This document shows, piece by piece, positions 1-12,222 of a stretch of 64,000 bases of DNA. The notes beneath the pieces are model-generated. The model was not told the origin of the DNA and ran no database searches. It saw nothing but the letters and a program-made list of their open reading frames with translations. This stretch comes from Eledone cirrhosa (taxonomy: Eukaryota). The stretch lies in NCBI GenBank assembly GCA_964016885.1, contig OZ024741.1, positions 333,250,001 to 333,314,000 on the forward strand. The letters are read 5' to 3'. The number at the start of each line of letters is the position of its first letter. The first letter of the stretch is position 1. Both the position numbers and the translations under genes were made by a program.

Positions 1-99
1 GATGATGATGTGTGTGTACATACATCTAGCTGTCGAAACAGCTGGAGCTCAGCCGTCGGGATCCTGACTCTTTTCTTATACATACATATATCATTCATC

Positions 100-365
100 A
101 TCATAATCATTTCATTTTACGTCCGCTTTTTCCCTGCTTGCAAGGGTGGGACGGGAACTGATTCTGGCTTGATTTCTACAGCTGGATGCCCTTCCTAACA
201 CCAACCTCATTTACAGTGAGTGCTGGGTGCTTTTTTGCCGTGGCGCCTCCATGACCACTTTGCAGTGGAATGATATGGACCTCAGTCCCTATCACTTCAT
301 TTCTACAGCTGAGTAAACTGGAGCAATGTGAAATAAAGTGTCTTGCTCAAGGAAACAACACATCA
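100..365 (-). mobile_element. RTE-type 3' tail fragment plus tRNA/CORE-like SINE fragment
   Basis: TTTTACGTCCGCTTTTTCC...CTGGATGCCCTTCCTAACACCAACC is the reverse complement of the RTE tails at 28440-28590 and 29100-29260. GAGCAATGTGAAATAAAGTGTCTTGCTCAAGG recurs at about 30415 and 54035. Confidence 0.6.
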
Positions 366-494
366 CCCGGTTTGCCAATAAGAAACACACGCACCAGTTG
401 CTTTCACTTCAATTTATTATAATAAATTTATAAATTTAGGAATTTATAAATTTCCGGTTGGTTGGTTCAACAACCAGATGGTTGTTTATATATT

Positions 495-537
495 GTCAAA
501 GTTCTTTCGTCACACATTCTGTGACCTATTCAGTGAC
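495..537 (-). ncRNA. Type I minimal hammerhead ribozyme, family 1 (G8U core variant, probably inactive)
   Basis: Minus strand reads GUCA CUGAAUA G GUCACA GAAUG UGUGAC GAAA GAAC UU UGAC. Confidence 0.65.
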
Positions 538-940
538 TGGGGATTCTTTTCTTTGTTTTTTGTGCCTCTCCTTTGTTTTGTCCTATGCTATCTTGTTTGT
601 GTGTGTGTGTTGTGTGCTTAGTTTGCGCATGTGTTACATCCGGGTAAACATAAATGAATTACAACCAAAATTAAAATTAAATTAAATTAAATTAAATAGA
701 AAATATGAGTGGAACAGCAACATCACAACTTACAATTAAGGACAAAATGAAAACACACACGCATATAGAACAAACAACCAACCAGTAACATGTAAATAAA
801 CAAATAAATAAACGAATATAAACACACAGACACCCGGATGTAACACATGCGCAAACTAAGCACACAACACACACACAAAAACAAGATGGCGTAGGACAGA
901 ACAAAGGAGAGGCACAAAAAAACAAAGAAAAGAATCCCCA

Positions 941-983
941 GTTACTGAAGAGGTCACAGAATGTGTGACGAAAGAACTTTGAC
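941..983 (+). ncRNA. Type I minimal hammerhead ribozyme, family 1
   Basis: GUUA CUGAAGA G GUCACA GAAUG UGUGAC GAAA GAAC UU UGAC: core CUGANGA/GAAA/UH, 6-bp stem II, stem I GUUA/UGAC. Confidence 0.8.
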
Positions 984-1811
984 AATATATAAACAACCAT
1001 CTGGTTGTGGAACCAACCAACCAACCGGAAATTTATAAATTCATTATAATAAATTGAAGTGAAAGCAACTGGTGCGTGTGTTTCTTATTGGCAACATGAC
1101 CCTCCCAAAGTATAACAATATCGGTTTCAACACACGTTTTCAGATAAAGATTCTTGCTAAACAAATTCAGAAACGAAATATATATATATATATTGTTAGT
1201 TCTATCGTTACTTTGGTATAGTATTGTATGTTAGATTTGGCTACCACAATGTTCGATTTGTCAAGCTATTTAAACGTATGTTATTACTCTAAGGACCTAA
1301 CTTATCGAGTGCTTTGCTAACTCATCATTTCATATAAGTAGGCCGAATTTACTTGCAAACCACCAAATTCGATTTTACTAAATTTCCAATTATATATATA
1401 TCTCATGCTACCATGGTAAAACAGACGTTACACAGTGATGGATTTATACATATGTATATACATATACATACAGTATTAAACATTTTTTAGCAAAAACCTC
1501 CATTAAGAACAAAGCTCTAGAAACATTGATAATTTTGTCCTTAATTACTAAATTATATCAGCTATATTATTACTACTCAATTCATTTTTGAGCTTAATCA
1601 AATTAGAACCACTTAGCAAAGAACATTCATCCATGCACCTGTTTTCTAGAAATTACCTCCATGACTCAAACCTTGTTGTCTCTTTGTTTAAGTGATTTTT
1701 TTTTTTTTTAATATTATATCTCAACAATATTGGATTGGCAGTGTCTTTACAGTGTTGGAAAAACGCTGCACTTATGCTTAAATTATCATTATTATTATTA
1801 TTATTGTTATT

Positions 1812-2640
1812 ACTCTTTGAGTCTCAGTCATTGATGTTAGTTAACTGGAAAGTTTGTTGAGATGAATATCAAGCCACTACCTGCAGCCTCAGATATTCAG
1901 GACGTATCGGAGGGTTCTTGCTGTTCCCAGCAAGCATGCCTTTTGAAGCATTCCAAAAAGCGTGAAGGGGCCAATTTTCTTTAACCATCCCTGGAAACTT
2001 TTTGAGATAGTCCCTAGTGTGCCTATGACAATCGGGATCACTTTGACTTCATGGCAGTTCCAAATCCTTTTTATCTCCCACTTTAAGTCCTGGTATCGGT
2101 TAATTTTCTCCCACTTCTTCTCTTGCACTCTCGTGTCGAATGGGCAGGCCACATCCACAATCAGGCACGATCTTTTTTCTTTGTCCCAAACCACCAGGTC
2201 AGGTCTATTGTGTTCCAGTTTCTTGTCCGTCTGTATCCTAAAATCCCACAGCACCTTCACCTGATCGTTTTCTATCACCGCCTCTGGCTTATGCTCATAC
2301 CACTTCTCAGAATGTGGTAAATTGTTTACTTTGCATAGGTGCCAGTGGATCACCCTGCCCATCACATCATGTCTCCAGCCCTTATAGTGAGTCTGGGCTA
2401 GGTGTTTACACTCGGATACAATGTGAGCCACAGTCTCCTCTCTCTCTCCACAGATCCTGCACAGTGGGCTAGCCTCCTCCTTGTAAATGTGGTGTTTCAA
2501 CCACTTCGTTTTGAGGGCCTGCTCCTGCGCAGCCATTAACATTCCTTCTGTAGCCTTTTTAAGGTCTCCTCTTTTCAACCAGTTCCATGTCTGTGGATCT
2601 CTAAATTCAGTTTTCTCAAAGAAGGTACTATGAAGGGATT
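1812..2640 (-). mobile_element. R4/Dong-type non-LTR retrotransposon 3' fragment (CCHC knuckle + restriction-like endonuclease)
   Basis: ORF 1889-2671 contains CRICGEREETVAHIVSEC, RHD and RPDLVV..IVDV..K..RY.DL. Both ends lie in (TAA/ATT)n. The N-terminal IIIII of the ORF is microsatellite. Confidence 0.88.
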
Positions 2641-2806
2641 TTATTTTTATTATTATTATTATTATTTGCATTTATCTTGCTTTATGTTCATATGAGTTAT
2701 CACCAAGTCACAACCAGTGACCTCAAGAGACAACAAGGTCCGCCATGTTCAAGAAAGAACATACATATTCACACATGCATCCTTAGTGTTTAGACTTGTG
2801 ATGTAC

Positions 2807-5083
2807 TTATATTGACAGGATCTTCCTTAGTATATGGGCAGTTCCCATTAGTACTATCTTTTGTATTTCTCCTATACGCGGGTTTCCTGGGATTTGCGAT
2901 AAGTAGTCGTTAGACCCCTTAGGTATCATTCCCAGAGCGCCTACAACCACTGGTATTGTTTTAGTTCTCAATTTCCACATTTTTCCAATTTCTATCTCCA
3001 GGTCCTTATACTTGCTCAATTTTTCAAATGTTTTTATAGATACATTCTTGTCTATTGGAACAGACATATCAATTAGCAGGCGTACCCTCCTTTGAAAGTC
3101 CTTCAATATTATATCAGGTCTATTTGCATCTATTTTTCGGTCTGTTTGGATGCTAAAGTTCCACAAGATTGAGATGTGATCTTTTTCAAGTATGGGAGGT
3201 GGTTGATGCTCCCACCAATTCTTTTGATGGGGCAGGTCAAAATGCTTACACATTATCCAATGTATGTATTGTGCAGCTCTGTCATGCCTGTTTAGGTATT
3301 CGGTTGGAGCTATAGGACTGCACATTGAAATTATATGGTCAATGGTCTCTGGTTGTTTTTTGCATACACGGCATAATGGGCTGCACCCATTTTTTATTAT
3401 GTTGGCTTGGTAATTTTTTGTTGGCAGACACTGATCTTGTGCCGATATAATCAGTCCTTCAGTCTCCGATTTCAGTCCAGAGGATGCCAACCACTGATGG
3501 GTTAAAGTTTTGTCAACATCAGGATTGTTAGCTCTTTCTGGGTATTTTCCATACAGAGGCTTTTCTTGCCATTTCTTAGCCAGTTTCTGTAGCAGTTCTT
3601 TCTTTGCAGTTACTTTTACCTGCTTTGCTTTTTCTGTGTTTTCCATTTCAGCAGTAAATGGGACTTCCGAAATTTGTAGTCCATTACTGTATCTTTGTGC
3701 ATCTTTTGTAATGGAATATGATCTTTTGGTGCTTTCGTGTTTCAAAACGAGTTTGATCATCCAATCATGTGATTCCCTTAGATATGTGGATAACCCAATT
3801 GTTGCAGTTTTCAACGCAATGTCTAACTGGATTAACCCACGTCCTCCTTCTTTCCTAGGGAGATATATTCTATCTATGTCTGCCTTAGGGTGATGCATTC
3901 TGTGCATGGTTAAGAATTTTCGGATTTTTGTATCGAGCCTACGGATCTCTGTGCTTGACCAGTTGATGACATTGTAACTGTAGGTTACTACTGGTATGGC
4001 AAGCGTGTTTATGGCATCGATCCTATTCCTTGCATTCAATTCCGTTCTTAAGATTGTGCGGTAACATTCCTTCCTTATCCTTTCCCTCATTGTCGAGTGC
4101 TTGATTCCGTCTCCTTCACAAACACCTAGATATTTGTAAGTTTTTTCTTGATCAAGCTCTCTTATCACGTTCCCCCAATCAAGATTAATGTCTGAACTCT
4201 TCAGCAGCTTTCCTCTGGTGAACGTTGCTTTGGCGCATTTATCCAGTCCAAACTCCATTTTAATGTCATCACTGAACTGCTTCACAGTGGATAATAGCCC
4301 TTGCAATTGTTCATCATTTTTTGCAAATAGTTTCAGGTCATCCATGTAGAACAGGTGATTAATGGTTTTGTCATAGACTCTATATCCATGTTTTGTTTCA
4401 TTGAGCATTTTACTTAATGGTATAAGTGCGATGCAGAATAAAAGCGGTGATAAAGAGTCACCCTGAAAAATTCCACAATTAATATTAACTTCTCCAGCTT
4501 CCAGTGATTTTGTTTCACTATTCAAAAGGAGTGTTGTTCTCCATGTCTTCATACTGAATGACAAAAACCTCCTGACAACGGGGGATATTTTGAAAATCTC
4601 TAAACATTTTTCAATCCAACTGTGTGGCAAACTATCGAATGCTTTTTTATAATCTATCCAAGCAATCGATAGATTTTTGTGTCTATTATGACAATCTTCC
4701 AGTATCATTTTGTTAACCAGAAGCTGATCCTTACAGCCATATGAGCCTCGTTTACACCCTTTCTGCTCAATGGGAAATAGGTCATTTGTTATCAGGTGGT
4801 CATATGCGTATTCAGTTAGGACTGATGTTAAAATTTTATACATTGTGGTCAAGCAGGTTATCGGTCTGTAATTTTTGGGATTGTTTGTCTCATCATTCTT
4901 CGGTAACAGGAATGTAATGCTGTTAACTAGCCATGATGGTATCTTTTCTGGCTCCTTAACTATTTCATTGTAAAGTTGGGCTAACAGCTCATGAGACTCT
5001 GTGAAGGCATTTATCCAAAAGTTTTGTATTTTGTCTTTTCCTGGGGATTTCCATTTGCTGGTTTTTCTTAGAGCCAAGCGCAA
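2807..5083 (-). CDS. R4/Dong-type retrotransposon ORF: reverse transcriptase + CCHC + RLE (5'-truncated element about 2668-5137)
   Basis: 758 aa open frame with NYRPITCL, WIDYKKAFDS, GIFQGDSLSPLLF, HLFYMDDLKL, YKYLG, CRVC..HIISMC, RHD and RPDIIL..LIDMS..K..KY. Flanked by (TAA)n. Confidence 0.93.
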   Translation of the reverse strand: MRLALRKTSKWKSPGKDKIQNFWINAFTESHELLAQLYNEIVKEPEKIPSWLVNSITFLLPKNDETNNPKNYRPITCLTTMYKILTSVLTEYAYDHLITNDLFPIEQKGCKRGSYGCKDQLLVNKMILEDCHNRHKNLSIAWIDYKKAFDSLPHSWIEKCLEIFKISPVVRRFLSFSMKTWRTTLLLNSETKSLEAGEVNINCGIFQGDSLSPLLFCIALIPLSKMLNETKHGYRVYDKTINHLFYMDDLKLFAKNDEQLQGLLSTVKQFSDDIKMEFGLDKCAKATFTRGKLLKSSDINLDWGNVIRELDQEKTYKYLGVCEGDGIKHSTMRERIRKECYRTILRTELNARNRIDAINTLAIPVVTYSYNVINWSSTEIRRLDTKIRKFLTMHRMHHPKADIDRIYLPRKEGGRGLIQLDIALKTATIGLSTYLRESHDWMIKLVLKHESTKRSYSITKDAQRYSNGLQISEVPFTAEMENTEKAKQVKVTAKKELLQKLAKKWQEKPLYGKYPERANNPDVDKTLTHQWLASSGLKSETEGLIISAQDQCLPTKNYQANIIKNGCSPLCRVCKKQPETIDHIISMCSPIAPTEYLNRHDRAAQYIHWIMCKHFDLPHQKNWWEHQPPPILEKDHISILWNFSIQTDRKIDANRPDIILKDFQRRVRLLIDMSVPIDKNVSIKTFEKLSKYKDLEIEIGKMWKLRTKTIPVVVGALGMIPKGSNDYLSQIPGNPRIGEIQKIVLMGTAHILRKILSI

Positions 5084-5134
5084 CTGTTCAACTGTTATAT
5101 TTTCTCATGTTTGTTCTTCAAGGTGAGCTGTTTC

Positions 5135-5188
<54 letters not shown>

Positions 5189-5195
5189 CATTATT

Positions 5196-5650
5196 GAGGG
5201 CAATGTAGGGGCAGTATTGGTAGTGTTAGATACCATGTTTTGCAGCATAGAGTTATGGCTATTTACACACAGAGTTCAAATCCCGTCGAGGTTTGCTTTG
5301 CCTTTCATCCTTACAGGGTCATTAAAATAAAGCACCAGTACTGCACTGGGGTCAATTTAATCGACTTTCTCCTCCCTTCAAATTACTGGCCTTGTGCCTA
5401 TAGTGGAAATAATTATTATCTGTATCATTCCAATTTTAGTGTATGTACTGCCAATTGTACATTGACAGAGTCATCAGAGTGAGGAACAAGATACTTTGCT
5501 ATATTTGTTGTAGGTTTTTACATTCTGGTTTCAAAACCTGCCTTTTGGCCTTCAGAGGTTTATAAAATAAAGTGCCAGTCAACCACTGGGGTTAATTTAA
5601 TCAACTTTGCCTTCCCTAAATTTCTTGGGCTTGTACCTTAGTTGGAAATC
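5196..5650 (+). mobile_element. Two tandem tRNA-derived SINEs with Meta-like central domain
   Basis: B-box-like GAGTTCAAATCCC, then GCCTTTCATCCTT..ATAAAATAAAGTACCAG..GGCCTTGTGCCT. More than ten further copies occur in the window. Confidence 0.7.
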
Positions 5651-5872
5651 TTTATATATATATTGTTATACTTGGGGAGGGTCATATTTGTGTAATATTG
5701 CCAGAATTAATAACAGAACACACTCACTGTTTGGTTGGTTTTCGCTTTTCGCTTCTGTGTCTTTTATATCGGTAATCTAATTTATTCGGTCCTCAATGTT
5801 GCCATTGACTGACCAACGGTCAAAAATAATACAGATACAATATAGACACAAACACATATATATATATAGTTT

Positions 5873-5914
5873 ATCAAAGTTCTTTCGTTGCACATCTGCA
5901 ACATCGTCAGTGGT
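5873..5914 (-). ncRNA. Hammerhead ribozyme, family 2 (mirror copy)
   Basis: Reverse complement of 5982-6023. Confidence 0.7.
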
Positions 5915-5981
5915 GCTATTTTTTCCTCCCGTTGCATTGTATTTTCTACGCCATCTTTATGCAATGGGAGGAAACAATAGC

Positions 5982-6023
5982 ACCACTGACGATGTTGCAG
6001 ATGTGCAACGAAAGAACTTTGAT
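5982..6023 (+). ncRNA. Type I minimal hammerhead ribozyme, family 2
   Basis: ACCA CUGACGA U GUUGCA GAUG UGCAAC GAAA GAAC UU UGAU: 6-bp stem II; stem I has one mismatch. Confidence 0.72.
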
Positions 6024-6359
6024 AAACTATATATATGTGTTTGTGTCTATATTGTATCTGTATTATTTTTGACCGTTGGTCAGTCAATGGCAACATTGAG
6101 AGACCGAATAAATTAGATTACCGATATAAAAGACACAGAAGCGAAAAGCGAAAACCAACCAAACAGTGAGTGTGTTCTGTTATTAATTCTGGCAATATTA
6201 CACAAATATGACCCTCCCCAAGTATAACAATATTTGTTTCGACACATGATTTCATATCAAAAACCTCGCAAAACTAATTTATATATATATGTATGATATA
6301 ATTGACTCTCCCTCTCCACAATAATGCTAGTGCCTAAATTAGAAACCATTATTATTATT

Positions 6360-6680
6360 TAGGCTGTGAAGGGCGGTTGATTTGCAGAATCGGTAGAGCG
6401 TCAGACATGATTGCAGCTTAGAGGTGCGGCCCTTTACGTTCTGAGTTAAAATTCCACTGAGGGTAGTTTTGCCTTTCTTCCTTACGAGTTCAATAAAATT
6501 AAGTACCACTACTGCACTGGGCTCGATTTAAACAAGGTCTTGTGCCTATAACAGAAATAATTATTATTAGGGTGGTGCTCTGGCCAAGTAATGGACAAAA
6601 GGCTTCATATTATATTTACATTCTGTGTTTAAATACTGTCATAGTCAAATTTGCCTTTCATTTTTATAGGTTTAATAAAA
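6360..6680 (+). mobile_element. Meta-like tRNA SINE copies
   Basis: GCAGAATCGGTAGAGCGTCAGAC...TTCTGAGTTAAAATTCC...TTTGCCTTTC...AAGTACC; same family as 5196. Confidence 0.6.
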
Positions 6681-8130
6681 GAAAAAAAAAGTGTGTGTAT
6701 GTATACACATATAAACATATACACGTGGTATTCCTTCTGGCTCTCTTTCAAATTGATGGAAAAAAAGTACCAGGCCAGTACAAGGGTCGATTATTCCTCT
6801 ATATCTCTTTCTCACTTCCTTTCTATCATTCTCTCTCTCTCCTTCTCTGGAAGAAACCAACTATATTCAGACCTGGAGAGGGGGATGGGCTCTGCCAGGT
6901 TTAAAAAATGCACAATAAATGCAGTATATCATGACAACACCCCTATGACATCTACAAGTTTGTTTTCTGGTTAATTACATTATGGGTAATAGTTATCAAT
7001 TGAAAAACGTATTGAAGTTTATGGGGGTTAATAATATTTTAAAGTACAGTAATTCCAGTGTTTGCTGGATGAGATAAGTTCAGAATAGTTTCAGTTTGCA
7101 GGAAAGGATTTTGTATATTTCTGTGGTGCACAGTTGACATGCTTTTTTTGTCTTAACCTTTTTTCATTGAAATTTCACATGGATTGTTGGAAGCTTTTAA
7201 TGACAAAATATGTTCAGATAAGGAAGTCACTTTTTCTTATTGTGATTGCTATATTGTTATAGCCTACTATATTATATCCAATTATATTATACTATATTAA
7301 ATTATTTTATTTAAACCCCTACATACTGTAATACTTGAATTTTATTTCTTACGAACAAACCTTAAAACATGTTTAAAACTAGAAAATCCCACTCAGCCTA
7401 CCCTACCAACCCTCACTTGAAAGGACACACCTTCATATGTGTGTGTGTATTCCTCCAAATAAATGTATACATACACACACACAGATATATATACACACAT
7501 ACACACATATATTATTTTAATAATTTATTTATATGATGACAAATCATTTATGTATAATGTAGTATGTCATCAGTGCAAATATTGAAAAGAATTGTGTTAG
7601 ATTTGTTTGTATTTCAGGCAGTTAAAATATGAAAAAGAATATTCAGTTAAAATTTTATTTTTCCTTCAGAAGGAAAAGGAATGATAATAAAACTGTATCA
7701 TTTAGTTTTGAGAAAGAAAATAATCAGTTTGAAGTAAAATAACAGTCTTTCTCTCATATACTTTCTGAAAATTAAATCAAACAACTTTATTTTTTTCAAA
7801 TAATTTTTCTTTCTTGTGAAGGAACAATATAAATTTTAACAGAATCTTTTATTTTTCCATCTTTTTACGTGCCTGAACTAGAAAAAAACTAATAAAACAT
7901 TTTACAACATTGACTCAGATGACATACATGATACAGAAATGATTCATTCACAGATAGAGAAATTACTTGTCCAGCCCAACCAGTGTCTTGTATTCTCCGT
8001 TACTAAACACTAACGAAACTGGTTAAGAAGCTTCCTTCATAACCTTGGATTCACCAAACACATATGAGTTAAATTGGGTTAACAGAAACTGTGTGGAAAC
8101 ACATTGGATGTACTGTACCTGTAAATGAAA

Positions 8131-8630
8131 GGGGCCAGACATGAGGCATTGTGTCACAGTCAAAGTCAGATTTGAGGCCCTGTGTTAGACACAAGGTAAG
8201 ATTTGTGACACTGTCTCACACACACAGCCAGACTTGAGACACTGTGTAACACTCAGGGCCATACTTCAAACCTGTGTCACACTAAAGGCTAGACCCAAAA
8301 CACTGCATTACACACAGGGCCAGACTCAAGACACTGTGTCTCACGTATAGGGCCAGACTCAAGACAGTGTCTCACTCAACTTTTACAAGAATGATGTTAT
8401 AAGTAGATGTATCTGTAGTAATCAGCTACGTTAAGAAGTAGACTGTAATTGAAAGGGGCAAACTCAAGTCACCATGTCACACACAGGGCCAGACTTGAGA
8501 CACTAAGTCACACTCAGGGCCAGCCTTGAGACACACAGGGCGAGACACGAGATACTGTGTCCCACCCAGGGCAAAACTTGAGATACTGTGCCACACTCAG
8601 GGCCAGACTCAAGACACTACGTCACACTTA
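8131..8630. repeat. Degenerate minisatellite, unit about 31 bp (GGGCCAGACTTGAGACACTGTGTCACACTCA)
   Basis: Recurrent GGGCCAGAC..GACACTGTGTCACAC in two blocks, about 8131-8380 and 8455-8630. Confidence 0.8.
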
Positions 8631-8744
8631 ACATTTAAAATAATTTTAACAATTTCAACAATCAACATCAAAACTAATAATGATTGTTTTCAAATATACA
8701 TCATAAAAACAAAAAACAAAAATAAAATAATTATCATCACTGTT

Positions 8745-9890
8745 TAATGTTCAGTTTTCAATGCTAGCATGGGTTAGACAAGTTGTCCTCTTGTGAGATA
8801 ACTCAAATTAATCAGATAACCATATCTTGCTCATACAGAACTGATTCGGCCTGGGTTTCTGCAGCTAGCTGCTCTTCCTAATGCCTACCACTTTTACAGC
8901 ATAGACTGTGTGCTTTTTGTCATATCACTAACACAACCACTTTACAGTGTGGACTGGGCGCTTTTTGTTGTCACCAACATGACCAACTGACAGGTTGGAG
9001 TGGATGCTTTTTGTGTCACCAATGCAACCCCTTCACAGAGTGGACTGATTGCTTTTTGTCATAACACCAGCACAATCACTTTATAATGTGGACTGGAAAT
9101 TTTTTTGTTGTCACCAGCATGACCACTTTACATTGTGGACTGGTTGCTTTTTCATGTGACATCAACACAATCACTTTACAGTGTGGACTGGCTGCTTTTT
9201 CTTGTGACATCAACACAACCACATTACAGTGTGAACTAGGCACGTTTTGTCGTGTCTCTAATATGACCAACTGACAGGTTGGACTGGGTACTTTTTGTCA
9301 TGTAACCAGCATGACCATATTACAGGATGGACTGAGGACTTTTTACTGTGATGCCAAAATGACCACTTTAAAGTGTAGGCTTGGTGCGTTTTGTCATGTC
9401 ATCAAAACCAACATCTAACAGGGTGGACTGGGTGCTTTTTGTCATGCCATCAACACAATCACTTTACAATATGGACTGGGCACTTTATTTTGTGCCACCA
9501 ACACAACGACTTTACAGCGTGGATTGAGGACTGTTTGTTGTGTCACCAACACAACCACTTTACAGTGTGGATTGAGGACTGTTTGTTGTGTCACCAACAC
9601 AACCACTTTACAGCGTGGATTGAGGACTGTTTGTTGTGTCACCAACACAACCACTTTACAGTGTGCACTGGGTGCTTTTTGTCATATCACCAATATAACC
9701 GACTGACATGTACTGGGTGCTTTTTGTTGTGTTACCAACACGACCACTTTACAGCGTGCACTGGGTGCTTTTTGTCATATCACCAATATAACCGACTCAC
9801 ATGTACTGGGTGCTTTTTGTTGTGTTACCAACATGACCACTTTACAGGGTGACCAGGGTGCTGTTTATCGTGTCACTAACATGACAACTC
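8745..9890. repeat. RTE 3'-tail remnant running into a 39-41 bp minisatellite
   Basis: Unit ACCACTTTACAGTGTGGACTGGGTGCTTTTTGTCATGTCACCAACACA-like, with near-perfect 39-bp copies at 9510-9660. It follows directly on a (-) RTE tail at 8745-8900. Confidence 0.85.
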
Positions 9891-10504
9891 AATGCTTGTA
9901 TGCAAGGAAGTAAAAGGAAGACAAACCAAAATAAATAAATAAATAAAAGAAGTAAACTCCTTACTCCTAGTTGAATGACACATCTTAGATATACTCCACA
10001 GAGAAGATGGTTAAAGTGTGGCTTCAAAGAACAGCCTGCAATATGCACAACACTGTTCATTCCTCCTCATTGGGGTTACTTTCCCCAAACATGATGCGCC
10101 CATTCTGATTTGGCAGAAGAAACACACCACCACCACCACTTCATGTCTCGTCTGAATTAAATGAAAAAATTCAACAACAAACAAAACCAGAATAACTATA
10201 CATATTTCATCTTTTTTTTTCCCTTTGGTTTTTGTTATTTTCAGCTTCACTAGCTCAAAATTACATTTCATAAGTCCTACTACCTACACCACATACCTAT
10301 GCCACCTACCAACAACATTTGCCACAGATCTTCTCTATTCCCATTTATCTCTCTCATAGTTTTTAACAAAATATTTTTAAAACAAGAACTTTTCTCAAAA
10401 AAAAAAAAAATAATAATAGAATAAAAGAAAAACCTTGTTCTGAACAATACAGCTTTTTATTTTTGTATATTTATATTATTTATATAAATATATCTTTATA
10501 GTTT

Positions 10505-10620
10505 TATATATATATATATACTGTATATACATATATATATACTGCATATATATGTATATATATATGTACATTAATTTATATATATATATATATATATACT
10601 GTATATATATATGTATATTA

Positions 10621-10658
<38 letters not shown>

Positions 10659-10905
10659 TGTATATATATATGTGTATTAATTTATATATATATATATATA
10701 TACTGTATATATATGTATATTAATTTATATATATATATATATATATATATACTGTATATATATGTATATTAATTTATATATATATTGTTATCTTATTCTC
10801 TCTTAGTTTACTCTATTTTTCCTCTTCCTGGTGTTTTGTTTAGTTCTTTTTGTAGTTTTGTATATATGTATATATATGTGTGTGTGTATATATATATATA
10901 TATAT

Positions 10906-10966
<61 letters not shown>

Positions 10967-10974
10967 AATATGTA

Positions 10975-11039
<65 letters not shown>

Positions 11040-11050
11040 TATATATATAC
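10505..11050. repeat. (TA)n/(TG)n compound microsatellite
   Basis: Visible directly in the sequence. Confidence 0.95.
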
Positions 11051-11514
11051 ACTCTTGGTTTAGTCTTTATTTTTCCTCTTCCTGCTATAAAACATTGAGT
11101 TTATTCTGAAGACTGTAGTGTGATTTATTGTGGCAATAAATAAAGAAAAAGACAAAAGACAGAAGAAGAAGAGGGGGAAGAAGAGGAGGAAGGTAAAATA
11201 AGTGAGATTAGCAGCCAACTGAGAGCTTTTAAGACAAGATGAATAGTGCTGTTAGAAAGATATTGCTTGGAAATAGTCATCAATGTCTTTTACTCTGTTC
11301 CCAGCTAATATATTATATAATAAAGGGTGGAGGTGGTGGTGTGTGATGGTGGTGTGTGAGGAGTGTGGGGAAGGGAAAGACCCAGTGTTTCAAAGTAAGT
11401 CACTATCTCTTAGTTTCATTTTTCGTTTACACTAGAGAATAAAATGAGACATTTACCTCCTTATATATTGGTGTGGTGGCTTGCTTTAGTTAAAATCACA
11501 CACATACATAGTCT

Positions 11515-11529
11515 CTCTTTTTCTCTCTC

Positions 11530-11568
<39 letters not shown>

Positions 11569-11636
11569 CTCTCATTCTCTCTCTTGCTCTCATTCTCTCA
11601 CTCTCTATCATTGTTAGTTAAAACTCACACAGACAC

Positions 11637-11702
<66 letters not shown>

Positions 11703-11820
11703 TTTATATTCACTTTAGTTAAAAACACACAAACCTAGTCTCTCTCTTTCTCCACTCTTTCTTTCTCTATCTCTCTCTACTACCTTCCCAATCTATCTCT
11801 CCCTCATTCTCTCTATCGTC
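11515..11820. repeat. (CT)n tracts with three TTAGTTAAAA..ACAC spacers
   Basis: Visible directly; spacers at about 11487, 11614 and 11715. Confidence 0.85.
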
Positions 11821-12222
11821 ATGTTTACATTATAAGAAAGAGGAACAAGCTGGCAGTAGACAGACACCTGGAGTTGATTATGAAAAAAATACAAAATAAA
11901 GCAAAAGAAAATATTAACCTTCAAAGAGAAGAGCAGTATTGATTATTTGATGTTGGAGACAAATAACAGTAACAGTAAAAACTTGGAAATGTTTATATGT
12001 ATATATACATATATATATGTATATATATATATATGTATATCTATATATGTATATATATATATGTATATCTATATATGTATATATATGTATATATGTATAT
12101 ATATATGTATATATGTATATATATGTATATATATATGTATATATGTATATATGTATATGTATATGTATATTTGTATATATGTATATGTATATATGTATAT
12201 ATATGTATATATATATATATAT

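Larger units (their letters stand above)
373..1178. mobile_element. PLE family 1: 5'-truncated copy with inverted pseudo-LTR
   Basis: Arm 373-645 is the reverse complement of about 832-1093. The plus arm starts with the GIY-YIG C-terminus remnant LNRKYEWNSNITTYN*, identical to the end of ORF 20349-20618. It ends with a 56-nt tail followed by (TA)n. Confidence 0.85.
5661..6280. mobile_element. PLE family 2 fold-back pseudo-LTR insertion in (TA)n
   Basis: Arms 5661-about 5938 and about 5959-6231 are reverse complements. The plus arm has an extra tail of about 48 nt. The terminus ATGACCCTCCC.AAGTATAACAATA is shared with family 1. Confidence 0.85.

Noticed and set aside
1280-1360. CUAAGGA-hairpin-GAAU hammerhead-like arrangement
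   Set aside because: Two core mismatches and no convincing stems I or III.
9391-9852. Cys/His-rich repeat protein or CRISPR-like array
   Set aside because: Contiguous tandem units with no unique spacers, derived from a retroposon tail; eukaryotic context and no cas genes.
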